Of a DNA stretch of 64,000 nucleotides, positions 10,003 to 19,179 are shown piece after piece. Every line of letters begins with the position of its first letter. Within the stretch, counting starts at the first letter, position 1. The notes beneath the pieces are model-generated. The model was not told the DNA's origin, did no database searches, and worked only from the letters and a program-made list of their open reading frames with translations. The DNA lies in NCBI GenBank assembly GCA_016185305.1, contig JACPNV010000050.1:7040-71039 (forward strand), given 5' to 3'. Made by a program: the position numbers and the translations under genes. The DNA comes from Actinomycetota bacterium (lineage in GTDB: Bacteria > Actinomycetota > Acidimicrobiia > Acidimicrobiales > Acidimicrobilacustridaceae).

Positions 10003-10548
10003 ATGGAGGTCAACGTGATCCGGAAGGCGGCAGTCGTCGTAGTCTCCTTATTCACCCTTCTCGGCCTCGGCTTGGTCCTCGCCCCCGCGGCGTCGGCGCA
10101 GTACAACCCGAACCCGTGCGGGTTCATCATCACGCCGACCACGGTGGCCCCGGGCCAGACCATCAACATCGTCGGGCAGAACTTCCCGCCGAACCAGCCG
10201 GTCACCTTCACCCTCGCCCAGTTCACCATCGCGACCGCCACCGCTGACGCCAACGGCAACGTGAACGCCATCGGTACGATTCCGGCGGAGCTTCCCGACG
10301 GCACCTACACGATCTCGGTCGACTGTCTCGGCGTCAGCTCGACGCAATCGGTCAACGTGAGTTCGGCGAGCGCCGCGCAGAACCCGGGGGGCTCCACGGC
10401 CGGATCGCTGGCGGTCACGGGCGCCGATGTCCTGCCGTTCGTCAAGGCCGCGCTCGTCCTCCTGGCGCTGGGCGGGTTGCTCGTGATCGCGACCCGTCGA
10501 CGCGGTGGTCGCCACCATGACCGCGACGCCGAACGCGTCGCCGGCTGA
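10003..10548 (+). CDS. Secreted cell-wall-anchored surface protein with an LAXTG sorting signal
   Basis: Signal peptide ...LVLAPAASA/QY. C-terminal LAVTG + hydrophobic helix + RRRGGR tail. ATG 10003 (or GTG 9994) lies downstream of AAGGAG at 9980-9985. Confidence 0.75.
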   Translation: MEVNVIRKAAVVVVSLFTLLGLGLVLAPAASAQYNPNPCGFIITPTTVAPGQTINIVGQNFPPNQPVTFTLAQFTIATATADANGNVNAIGTIPAELPDGTYTISVDCLGVSSTQSVNVSSASAAQNPGGSTAGSLAVTGADVLPFVKAALVLLALGGLLVIATRRRGGRHHDRDAERVAG

Positions 10549-10786
10549 CCCGGGCTAGCCGGTTCCGACGGGGCGCTGTTCCGAAGATCGGTGGCGACCC
10601 GCCGATCGCGTGGGGTCGCATTGCCGCCGATGGGGCGACATGTGCCGCAGGACGTCGTGTCGGTCTGCGGGCCATCGGCCCGTTCGGAGGCCCTGCTCGC
10701 GTTGGCCCGGCTCGGTACCCTGGTAGTGCAGCGGCAGGCCAGCCGCGTGAGCTCGGGAGTCACCCACGACCACCTATTACGACGTC

Positions 10787-11488
10787 TTGGGCGTAGCGGT
10801 CGAGAGCAGCCACGAGGAGATCAAGCGCGCGTTCACGGAACGGGCGTTGCGGTACCGCCCCGACCGCCAGCCTGACCCAAACGCGGCCGAGCAGGCCGCG
10901 TTTCGTCGCTCAGAGATCAACGAGGCGTGGGCGACGTTGCGGAACCCGGCGGCCCGCGCTGCCTACGACGCAACGCTCAAGCGTGACGCAGAGACGAAGG
11001 TGGCGGCGCTGACGGGCGGGCTCGCGGGCACCGCCGACGGCTATGAGCGGGCGGCGCGCACCTTCCGCCCTGGTGCCGGCGACCGCTTCGACGGTACGTC
11101 GTGGTTCAGCGAGCCCGAGGTGGCCGACGTCGAGCCATTGGACGAAGCCACGGACGAACCGGCGACACAGGCGCGGAGGCAGCGTTGGCACCTCGGTCCG
11201 CTCGCGATCGGTGGCGTGGTGCTGATCGCCGTCCTCGTGCTGTTGCTGCGAACGAACAACTACGACGATCGACCGAACACGGTGCAGACCCGTGAGCGCT
11301 TCGCTCCCGGCGTGTGCGTCCTGGTCGTGCCGGGCGAGAACGGTGAGGCCCGGCCCACGGAAGTGCCGTGCTCGGCGCCGCGCACCGGCAAGGTCCGCCT
11401 AAAGGTCGAGTTCCCCCGGCAGTGCCCGATGCAGACCGTCAACGTCGTGATCGCGGCGGAGCAGATGTCGCTCTGCCTCGACCCGTGA
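10787..11488 (+). CDS. Membrane-anchored J-domain-like protein with degenerate HPD (RPD)
   Basis: LGVAVESSHEEIKRAFTERALRYRPDRQP...INEAWATLRNPAARAAYD; TM helix LAIGGVVLIAVLVLLL. An in-frame stop at 10748 limits the start to TTG 10787, clipping the usual YYDVLGV start. Confidence 0.6.
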   Translation: MGVAVESSHEEIKRAFTERALRYRPDRQPDPNAAEQAAFRRSEINEAWATLRNPAARAAYDATLKRDAETKVAALTGGLAGTADGYERAARTFRPGAGDRFDGTSWFSEPEVADVEPLDEATDEPATQARRQRWHLGPLAIGGVVLIAVLVLLLRTNNYDDRPNTVQTRERFAPGVCVLVVPGENGEARPTEVPCSAPRTGKVRLKVEFPRQCPMQTVNVVIAAEQMSLCLDP

Positions 11489-11625
11489 CGAAGTCGGCGA
11501 CGCCCGATCGCCGGCAACGCGTGTACGTGCGTGAGCGGGTCGGCCAGGTGGTCGATCGGCCCTTCGTAGCATGCACAGGGGCCGAACGTCCCGCCGGCTG
11601 ACGGGGTGATCGACTTGTTACGCTC

Positions 11626-13692
11626 GTGCCTCGCTACAGGAGCGGTGAAGAGACCACGATGACGGCCACGACCAAGAAGACTGCGGTTCCGCCCCCGGCG
11701 GGGCCGCCACCTCCCCTGTTCGTCCGCCGGTCCGACGTCGATGCGCTCAAGGCGCTCGCCACGCTGCTCGTGATCCTCAGCCTGGCGGGTGTACCGGGAC
11801 TCGGTGGTGGGTTCGTGGGGTACGACGTCTTCTTCGTCGTCGTCGGGTTCCTCGTGGTCCGGCGGTTGTACAGCGAGGTCATGGACGAGCGCGAGCTCGA
11901 CATCGTGGCGTTCTTCAAGGCGCGTTTCGGGCGGCTCTTCCCCACGATGGCCGCCGTCTCGGTGGCGGCGTTGGTCGTGTCGATCGTGGTCCTGTCCCGG
12001 TGGGTGCTTCGAGAGGTTGCCGCCGAGGCGCTGTCGTCGGTGGTCTTCCTCTCCAACGTGGTGATGGCCCGGCAAGCGGGTGGCTTCTTCGCTGCCGATG
12101 TGCGCGACAGCCCGCTGCTCGTGACCTGGAGCGTCAGCACTGTCGGCCAGTTCGTGGTGCTGGCCGGGCTCCTGTTCCTCTTGACGATGCCGCTGCTCGA
12201 GGAAGGCCGCAGCCGGGCCGTCGTGCGCCCTGTGCTGCTGTTCGTCTCGATGGTCGGCTTCGTCGTCTTCGGTGCCGTCGCCGGGTACCTCACCTATGCG
12301 TACCGTTCGTGGGCCTTCTTCACGCTTCCGGGGCGACTCTTCGAGTTCCTCGCAGGGGCCGTGCTGGCGATGCTTGCCCTACCCGAGCCGTTCCGCAGCC
12401 GTACGGCCCGGATGGCCATGACGATCGTGGGGCTCGTCGTCATCAGCGGAGCGGCCATCGTCGCGAGGAACAGTGCGCTCTACCCGTTTCCCTGGGGATT
12501 GGTGCCAGTTGCCGGGGCGGTCCTCGTACTCGCCGCTGGTGATGAGCGCGACGGACGATCGTCGCCCTTCACCGCTCTGCTCGACCATCTGCCGCTTCAG
12601 ACCGTCGCTCGGTTCAGCTACGGGTGGTACCTCACGTTCTTCCCCACCATCGTCCTGCTGGACGCCGCGCTGAACAACGACGGGTTGCCGGTCCGGCTGG
12701 CTGGTCTCGCCGGTTCCCTGGTCTTGTGCGCGGGGGCAACCCTGCTGGCTGGCCACACCCCGTGGGCCGGACGGGTTGTTCAGCTCTCTCCGAAGCGCGC
12801 GTTCCTGTCGGCCGGCGCGGTCGTCCTCGTCGTCGCGCTGATCGCCGCTGGCGCCGCGCTGATCGGTGAGCCTCCCGATGCGTACGCGTCGGTCCGGGGC
12901 CAGATCGAAGCGGCCGAGGCAGGCCCCACGTACGAGTGCTCGTCGGAAGCGACGACCTCGAGCGGCATCAAGTACTGCCGGAGTGGACAGCTCGACGCGC
13001 CGGTGTCGACCGTGATGCTGTTGGGTGATGGTCGGGTCAAGACGTGGAAGGGTGCGATGGCGGGTACCGCGTTCGACGCCACGGTGCAGCTCGTCGACCG
13101 CTACCTCGAGGGGTGCCCCGTCACCGATATGCGTGTCACTCGCAACGACGCCCAGGCCGAAGCATGTGCGGCCTTCCGGCGTGAATCGCTTCAGCTCATC
13201 CGCGATATCAAGCCCAGGGCCGTGTTCGTCGCCCAACGCCTGGATTACGGCAGCAACATCGTGGCCCCGGACGGCGCACCTCTGGGAAGAGCTCAAAGGC
13301 AGGACCAGTGGCGCGACAAGACGGGCGAGTTCTTCGCGGCAGTGGCGCGCGAAGGGGCCCGTCCGATCTCGATCGAGGAGCCTCCCGTCGTTCCAACCGA
13401 TCCGATCGCGTGCATGCGCGAGAACAAAGCGGTGACGCCGTGTGCGTTCTCCTTGACACAAGGCCGGCAGCCGATCAAGGACCTCCAGTTCGCGGAAGCA
13501 TCGGCTCGCAAGGCCAATGGTTCGGTCCCCCTCCTGAGCGTGACCGGCCAGTTCTGCTCTACGGAGACCGAGACCTGCGCGGTGGTGGCCAACGACACGC
13601 TGGTGTACGGCTCGGCAGACGAGTTGGCGCCCAGGTTCGTGGCCGAGCAGCGGGGCCAGATCAGCAAGCTGCTCGCGCGCGCGGGCGCTTGA
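11626..13692 (+). CDS. Acyltransferase family 3 (OafA/YrhL-type) membrane protein with a C-terminal SGNH-like domain
   Basis: About 10 TM helices with DALKALATLLV... and VTWSVSTVGQF patterns, then a soluble C-terminal domain of about 270 aa. 688 aa, typical of O-acetyltransferase fusions. Confidence 0.75.
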   Translation: MPRYRSGEETTMTATTKKTAVPPPAGPPPPLFVRRSDVDALKALATLLVILSLAGVPGLGGGFVGYDVFFVVVGFLVVRRLYSEVMDERELDIVAFFKARFGRLFPTMAAVSVAALVVSIVVLSRWVLREVAAEALSSVVFLSNVVMARQAGGFFAADVRDSPLLVTWSVSTVGQFVVLAGLLFLLTMPLLEEGRSRAVVRPVLLFVSMVGFVVFGAVAGYLTYAYRSWAFFTLPGRLFEFLAGAVLAMLALPEPFRSRTARMAMTIVGLVVISGAAIVARNSALYPFPWGLVPVAGAVLVLAAGDERDGRSSPFTALLDHLPLQTVARFSYGWYLTFFPTIVLLDAALNNDGLPVRLAGLAGSLVLCAGATLLAGHTPWAGRVVQLSPKRAFLSAGAVVLVVALIAAGAALIGEPPDAYASVRGQIEAAEAGPTYECSSEATTSSGIKYCRSGQLDAPVSTVMLLGDGRVKTWKGAMAGTAFDATVQLVDRYLEGCPVTDMRVTRNDAQAEACAAFRRESLQLIRDIKPRAVFVAQRLDYGSNIVAPDGAPLGRAQRQDQWRDKTGEFFAAVAREGARPISIEEPPVVPTDPIACMRENKAVTPCAFSLTQGRQPIKDLQFAEASARKANGSVPLLSVTGQFCSTETETCAVVANDTLVYGSADELAPRFVAEQRGQISKLLARAGA

Positions 13693-13729
13693 CTTGCTTC
13701 CCATCGCTCACGGCGACCGACGCCCTCGC

Positions 13730-13757
13730 CCCTCGCCGGTGGCTCAGCCGGCGAGGG
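13730..13757. terminator. Hairpin between convergent genes (10-bp stem CCCTCGCCGG/CCGGCGAGGG)
   Basis: Perfect 10-bp GC-rich inverted repeat with an 8-nt loop. It overlaps the stop of the minus-strand permease. No clear U-tract. Confidence 0.4.
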
Positions 13758-14805
13758 CGCGAGTTGCAGCCAGCGCGACGGCGCCGGCCGCCAGAGCCGG
13801 TAGCGCGATCGGCACCACGTTCTGCAGGGAGCTGCGCAACGAGATCGGCACGTCCTCGTCGCGCAGGATCCGCCACCACAGCACGTTCGCCAGGGCACCC
13901 ACGGGAAGCAGTGCCGCGCCGGTGTTCACGCCAGCGAGCCACGCCCACACGCCCCAGGTCATGGTGGCCGTGCTGTCGATCGCGACCAGCAGTGCGGGAA
14001 GGTTGTTGATCGCGTTCGCCCCGACCGATCCGGCCATCATCAGCCCCGCCAGCGCGGGTGGGCTGTCCGCAGCGAGCATCGCTCCGAACCGATCGGGCGA
14101 GACAATCACGGCCGCCAACGCCGCGACCGCTGCGATGCCCGCGGCAGTGACGATCGGGACGTCTCGCCAGGGCACCCACCTCGTCACGATCATCAGCACG
14201 GCGTCGGCCGCAGCCGCCGCCATCCACGGCTGCAAGCCCCATCTCGGTCCGATCACGAAGCCGGCCAGGAGTGCTGCCACCACGAGCGACCCGATGCCGA
14301 TGATGCGGCGATCAGCGGCGCCTGCCGTGCTTCCCGCGAGAGCGGTCGGGAAGCGGCGCCGATACAGCAGCCAACCGACCGTGCAGCCCACGATGCTGAC
14401 CGGGGCCAGGTGGCTCGCGACGTCGGCGACGGAGAGCCCGTAGCGATCAGCGGCGATCAGGTTGGTCAGGTTCGACACGGGGAGTGCCGACGACGCCAAG
14501 CTCGCGAGGAGGAGTGGCACCAGCGCCAACGGCAGCGGGTCGACGCCGCTGCGGCGGGCGAGGCGGATGTAGAGCGGGGTAAGCAGAACGACGGTGGTGT
14601 CGAGGTTGAGCACCACGGTCGTTGCCGCGGCCAGCCACCAGAGGACTGCGACGGGGATCCGGTCCCACCGATGTTCGATCTCGACGGCGACGGCCTCGAA
14701 GAAGCCGAGCCGGTCGAGCAACGCGGCGAGGGGCACGCCCGCGCACAGGAACAGCAACGCGGGGAGCATCGCCTGAACGTTGGCGGCGGCGCGATCCACC
14801 TGCAC
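13744..14805 (-). CDS. ArsB/NhaD-superfamily (ion transporter) permease
   Basis: LLFLCAGVPLAALLDRLGFFEAVA...VLNLDTTVVLLTPLY pattern; fully hydrophobic, 353 aa. Confidence 0.55.
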   Translation of the reverse strand: MQVDRAAANVQAMLPALLFLCAGVPLAALLDRLGFFEAVAVEIEHRWDRIPVAVLWWLAAATTVVLNLDTTVVLLTPLYIRLARRSGVDPLPLALVPLLLASLASSALPVSNLTNLIAADRYGLSVADVASHLAPVSIVGCTVGWLLYRRRFPTALAGSTAGAADRRIIGIGSLVVAALLAGFVIGPRWGLQPWMAAAAADAVLMIVTRWVPWRDVPIVTAAGIAAVAALAAVIVSPDRFGAMLAADSPPALAGLMMAGSVGANAINNLPALLVAIDSTATMTWGVWAWLAGVNTGAALLPVGALANVLWWRILRDEDVPISLRSSLQNVVPIALPALAAGAVALAATRALAG

Positions 14806-14880
14806 TTGCTACCTGGCGCCGGCCACGAGCACCATGCGAACGAGCGTGGCGTCGAGCAGCACCGCGCTTCGGGGCGAACG

Positions 14881-15123
14881 TCAGCCTTCGATCCGCAGCG
14901 TCTTGTCGCGCGAGCGGTGCCCCGCCACCACCTCCACCTTGCGCACGGGCACGCCGAGGTGCGTGGCGACCAGCTTGCACACCGCGACGTTGGCGCGGCC
15001 GTCGACAGGTGCTGCTGTCGTGCGCACGAGCAGCCGCCCCGCGCGCTCACCCCCGACCGCATCTTTCCGCGCTCGCGGGATCTCGCGGACTGCGAGCTCG
15101 CGGGTGGCGCCAGAAGCGGACAC
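14881..15123 (-). CDS. DUF167 (YggU-like) family protein
   Basis: LLVRTTAAPVDGRANVAVCKLVATHLGVPVRKVEVVAGHRSRDKTLRIEG matches the DUF167 pattern. Trimmed to GTG 15123 to avoid overlap with the upstream gene. Confidence 0.6.
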   Translation of the reverse strand: MSASGATRELAVREIPRARKDAVGGERAGRLLVRTTAAPVDGRANVAVCKLVATHLGVPVRKVEVVAGHRSRDKTLRIEG

Positions 15124-15145
15124 GCGGGAGAGCGTGTGCTCAGGC

Positions 15146-15613
15146 CTAGACGCCGCCTCGCAGGACGGTGCGGGCAAGGACGCCGAGCGTGGCTCGCAGA
15201 GCGGACTCGGGGATGATCGGGAAGATGCCCTTCCATGATTCGTCGGCCTCGGACCAGTCGTAGTACGACGTGACCAACGTGCCGTCATCGGTGGGCTCGA
15301 GCCGGTAGCCATAGGTGTGGCCGATCGGCGGCTTGATCACGCCGTCGACTGTCCAGGCAATCTCGCGGTCGGGCTCGAACACCGTGATGTTGATGGTCAC
15401 GTCGTACTCGCCCAGCGGGTAGTCGTTCAGCGCTTCGCGATCCATGTGGACCTCGAAGCTGTCGCCGACGGCGGTGACCGGCTGGCCGGTGGCTCCCATC
15501 AGCATTCCCGAGCTGTCGATCGCGACATGCCCTTGCGGGTTGCTCAGCACGGCGAAGATCGCGGCCGGCTCGGCGTTGATCTTTCGTTGGACTTCGATGC
15601 GCTCGCTCGTCAT
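15146..15613 (-). CDS. SRPBCC-family (polyketide cyclase/dehydrase-like) protein
   Basis: MTSERIEVQRKINAEPAAIFAVLSNPQGH...; about 155 aa. Trimmed from the 232-aa track ORF to the internal ATG. Confidence 0.6.
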   Translation of the reverse strand: MTSERIEVQRKINAEPAAIFAVLSNPQGHVAIDSSGMLMGATGQPVTAVGDSFEVHMDREALNDYPLGEYDVTINITVFEPDREIAWTVDGVIKPPIGHTYGYRLEPTDDGTLVTSYYDWSEADESWKGIFPIIPESALRATLGVLARTVLRGGV

Positions 15614-15831
15614 CTGAGCATCCTGCCATGCCGGCGCGCCGATTCCTCTGTGTGCCGGCCGGCGCGGCCGTGAGGTCGACATCAGGTGCGAACCCGAACC
15701 GGGCCGTCGCGCGCGCCGGTTACGTCGCGCCGGCCTGCCCGGTTCGGCCGTGCGGGCGGGCAGAGCTCGCCCTTCACGGTCGGATTCGTCCCAGCGTGCT
15801 GCGCGTGCCCACCCAGAAGTAGCTTGCCCCC

Positions 15832-17046
15832 GTGACCGACGCATCCCCGCCCGCCGGCGAAGCGCCAGCCGCGGGCAGCCGGCTCAGCCGGAACGTCTAC
15901 GTGGTGTCGCTGGTGTCGTTTTTCCAGGACACCGCGTCGGAGATCCTCTACCCCGTGCTGCCGTTCTTCGTGACCGGGGTGCTCGGCGCACCCCCGGCTG
16001 TGCTCGGCCTCATCGAGGGCCTCGCGGACGGCACCGCTTCGGCGATGAAGGCCGCATCCGGCCGGCTCGCCGATCTGCGCCAACGCCGGCCCCTCGTCGC
16101 GTCCGGCTACGGCATCTCCGCCTTCGGCAAGTTCCTTCTGGCCCTCGCGGGCGCGTGGCCGATGGTGCTCGCCGCCCGCTTCACCGATCGCGTCGGGAAG
16201 GGGCTGCGCGGCCCACCACGCGACGCCATCATCGCGGACGACACCACGGCCGAGAACCGGGGCAAGGCGTTCGGGTTCCACCGCGCCGCCGACACCTCCG
16301 GCGCCGTGGTCGGCCCGCTCATCGGCCTCGCCCTCTACCAAGCCGTCGGCCAGCAGTTCGGGCCGCTCCTGTGGATCGCGGTCGTTCCCGCCGTCATCAG
16401 CGCGGCCCTCGTGTTCCTCATCCGTGAGCGACCGCACCGCCATGACCGCACCGCCCGGCCCTTCACCATCCGCGGACTCCCGCCTCGATACTGGCGCCTC
16501 ATCGCGTTCGTCGCGCTGTTCGGGGCGGTGAACTTCCCCGACACGCTCTTGCTGCTCCGGGCCAAGGATCTCGGTTTCGGCTTCGCGGGGGTGGTCGCCC
16601 TCTACGTCACCTACAACCTCTCCTACGCTGTGCTCTCGTATCCGGCTGGTGTCATCTCCGATCGCCGCAGCCGCCGGGTCGTGTTCGCCACCGGTCTCGC
16701 CATCTTCGCGGCGGCCTACCTCGGCTTCGGGCTCACCGCCACCGCCGCGTGGGCCTGGGTGCTGTTCCCGCTCTACGGTGGCTACACCGCGCTCACCGAC
16801 GGCGTCAGCCGCGCCTGGGTCGCCGACCTTGCCACGCCCGAGACGCGCGGCACCGCGCTCGGCATCCATGCCGCGGTGTCTGGTGTCGGGCTGCTCGTCG
16901 CCGGCGTCTGGGCCGGGCTCGCCTGGAACGGCACGGGCCGGGTCCCGTTCATCATCTCCGGAATCGTCACCGCCATCGCCGCCATCGGGCTCTTTGCCGC
17001 TCGCCGCACCTTCGAGCGCGACCCGGCTCGCACCGCCGCGACCTGA
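15832..17046 (+). CDS. MFS transporter
   Basis: 12 predicted TM helices, DRVGKGLRGPPRDA loop motif, 404 aa. Confidence 0.8.
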   Translation: MTDASPPAGEAPAAGSRLSRNVYVVSLVSFFQDTASEILYPVLPFFVTGVLGAPPAVLGLIEGLADGTASAMKAASGRLADLRQRRPLVASGYGISAFGKFLLALAGAWPMVLAARFTDRVGKGLRGPPRDAIIADDTTAENRGKAFGFHRAADTSGAVVGPLIGLALYQAVGQQFGPLLWIAVVPAVISAALVFLIRERPHRHDRTARPFTIRGLPPRYWRLIAFVALFGAVNFPDTLLLLRAKDLGFGFAGVVALYVTYNLSYAVLSYPAGVISDRRSRRVVFATGLAIFAAAYLGFGLTATAAWAWVLFPLYGGYTALTDGVSRAWVADLATPETRGTALGIHAAVSGVGLLVAGVWAGLAWNGTGRVPFIISGIVTAIAAIGLFAARRTFERDPARTAAT

Positions 17047-17051
17047 GTCGC

Positions 17052-17873
17052 TCAGGTGTTGGCGGTGCCGGACACCTCAGCTTCGACCCTCCGACGAGCG
17101 AGCACGAGCGATCGCCAGTGCACGGCGACGAGCAGCGCGGCCGGGAGGAAGATGATGAAGGCAGACCCGGCGAGCGCGTCGGCCGTCTTCACGACGAGCG
17201 GATCGGAGCTCGTGCGCGCGACGATGAACGCGGTCGCGGCCATGAAGATCACCTGACCGAGGAACCCTCCGAGCGCGCCGAGCCTCGGGTGATCGAGCAG
17301 GCGACCCACGGGCTCAGTCGGCTCGTCGCGCAGCAACCACGTGAGCAGCCCGACGAGCAGACCGACGGTCACGGTGAATCCGAGCTGGCTGCCGAGCGGA
17401 AGGCCGAACCAGAAGCCGGGACCGTCGTAGGTGAAGAGCTCGCCGAGGAAGAAGTGGGCGCCGAGCCGGCTGACCGGGTCGACGACCCAGATCGCCCACA
17501 CGCCGAGCATGACTGCGGTGAGGTACTCGAGCACCGGCATCGGCGAGCGCGTGCGGTACGGGCCGCCCACGATCAGCCGGGCCGAGGCGAAGGCGAAGTA
17601 CGACATGAACGTGTAGCTCAACGAGACCATGAGCGGGACGTCGCCGACGAAGAGCTCTCTGCCTCGCAGATCGCCGTTGAACGAGTAGCGCGTGTACGGG
17701 ATGCCCCACCGCACCGAGCCGTTCTCGGCCACGATGCCGATGGCCAGGGCGCCGGCCGCGTAGATGCCGGTTCGTCTCCAGCCGAGATGGCGGCTTGCCA
17801 GCACCACGAAGGCGATGCCGAACAGCGTCACATACCAGCGACCGGCGATCGTCCCGATGATCTCCTGAACCAT
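17052..17873 (-). CDS. Membrane protein, carotenoid-biosynthesis-protein family (DUF422-like)
   Basis: GIPYTRYSFNGDLRGRELFVGDVPLMVSLSYTFMSYF resembles the PF04240 pattern. Multi-TM. Start assumed at MVQEII. Confidence 0.45.
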   Translation of the reverse strand: MVQEIIGTIAGRWYVTLFGIAFVVLASRHLGWRRTGIYAAGALAIGIVAENGSVRWGIPYTRYSFNGDLRGRELFVGDVPLMVSLSYTFMSYFAFASARLIVGGPYRTRSPMPVLEYLTAVMLGVWAIWVVDPVSRLGAHFFLGELFTYDGPGFWFGLPLGSQLGFTVTVGLLVGLLTWLLRDEPTEPVGRLLDHPRLGALGGFLGQVIFMAATAFIVARTSSDPLVVKTADALAGSAFIIFLPAALLVAVHWRSLVLARRRVEAEVSGTANT

Positions 17874-17943
17874 GCCTCGCTCCTGACCGTGCCTCTGAGC
17901 GGGATTCCAACGTACCATGATCTAACACTCATGTCAGGGAGGC

Positions 17944-19179
17944 GTGAGCGGTAGACGGCCCGACCGAGGAGTGCCGATGGCGAGCGATGAGGGGCGGCAG
18001 GACGAGGCATCGGCCGGGTCGCAGGCGACCATGGTGAACCCGCCGGCGTCCGCGTTCCGCGGCGAGCTCCGCGAGTGGTTGCACGACAACCTGACCGACG
18101 AGCTGCGCGCCGCGAACACCGGCATTGCCGATGCGTCGACCTTGCCCGTGCTGCGGCCGTGGAACGCCGCGCTGGCCGATGCGCGGTGGGCGGCGCCGGC
18201 CTGGCCGTCCGAGCACGGCGGCCGCGACGCGACGATCGACGAGCAGGTCGCCTACCTCGAGGAGATGAGCGTCGCCGACGCGCCTGGCCCGATCAACGTC
18301 ATCGGCATCTCGAACATCGCGCCGGCGATCATGATGTTCGGGACGCGCGAGCAGAAGGATCGGTTCCTCAGGCCGATGATCCGCGGCGAGGAGATCTGGT
18401 CGCAGGGGATGTCCGAGCCGGACGCCGGCTCTGACCTTGCTGCCTTGCGCACGTCGGCGGTGCTCGACGGTGACGACTTCGTCGTGAACGGGCAGAAGAC
18501 GTGGAACAGCTTGGGAAACCTGGCTGACTGGTGCCAGCTCTACGTCCGCACCGACCCGACCGCCAACAAGCACAAGGGCATCAGTTGCCTGCTCGTCGAT
18601 CTCCGCAGCCCGGGCATCGCGGCGCGACCGCTCAGGACGATCACTGGTGAGGAATCGTTCGCCGACCTGTTCTTCACCGACGTCCGGGTGCCCGCGAGCG
18701 CGTTGCTCGGGTCGCTGGACGAGGGCTGGAGCGTGGCGATGGCCACGCTGGCGCACGAGCGGGCCGGCGTGGCCCGCCTGCACCTGATGCTGGCACGCAA
18801 GCTCGACCGGCTGCGCGCTGATCCGAAGGCGAGCGGCACGCTCGGCGATCCACGGCTGCGGCAACGCCTCGCCGCCATCCACTCCGAGATCACGTGCATG
18901 CGACTCATGACAGACCGGGCGCTCGAAAGCGCCGGCACGTTCGCGTCAGGCGCCGGCGGCAGCCTCATCAAGCTGGCGTGGTCGCGTTGCGAACAAGCAC
19001 TGGCGAACCAGGCGGTCGACGCCGTGGGCATCGGCGGGCAGGCGTCCCTCGATGGGCCCGGCCCTTGGGCGCACGACCTGTTGTCGTCCCGCCAGTGCTC
19101 GATCGCGGGCGGCACGACCGAGATCAACCTGAACATCGTCGCCGAGCAGGTCTTGGGCCTGCCGCGCGACCCACGCTGA
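17944..19179 (+). CDS. Acyl-CoA dehydrogenase
   Basis: WSQGMSEPDAGSDLAALRT, GQKTWNS, C-terminal IAGGTTEINLNIVAEQVLGLPR. Start is uncertain (17944, 17977 or 18031). Confidence 0.85.
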   Translation: MSGRRPDRGVPMASDEGRQDEASAGSQATMVNPPASAFRGELREWLHDNLTDELRAANTGIADASTLPVLRPWNAALADARWAAPAWPSEHGGRDATIDEQVAYLEEMSVADAPGPINVIGISNIAPAIMMFGTREQKDRFLRPMIRGEEIWSQGMSEPDAGSDLAALRTSAVLDGDDFVVNGQKTWNSLGNLADWCQLYVRTDPTANKHKGISCLLVDLRSPGIAARPLRTITGEESFADLFFTDVRVPASALLGSLDEGWSVAMATLAHERAGVARLHLMLARKLDRLRADPKASGTLGDPRLRQRLAAIHSEITCMRLMTDRALESAGTFASGAGGSLIKLAWSRCEQALANQAVDAVGIGGQASLDGPGPWAHDLLSSRQCSIAGGTTEINLNIVAEQVLGLPRDPR

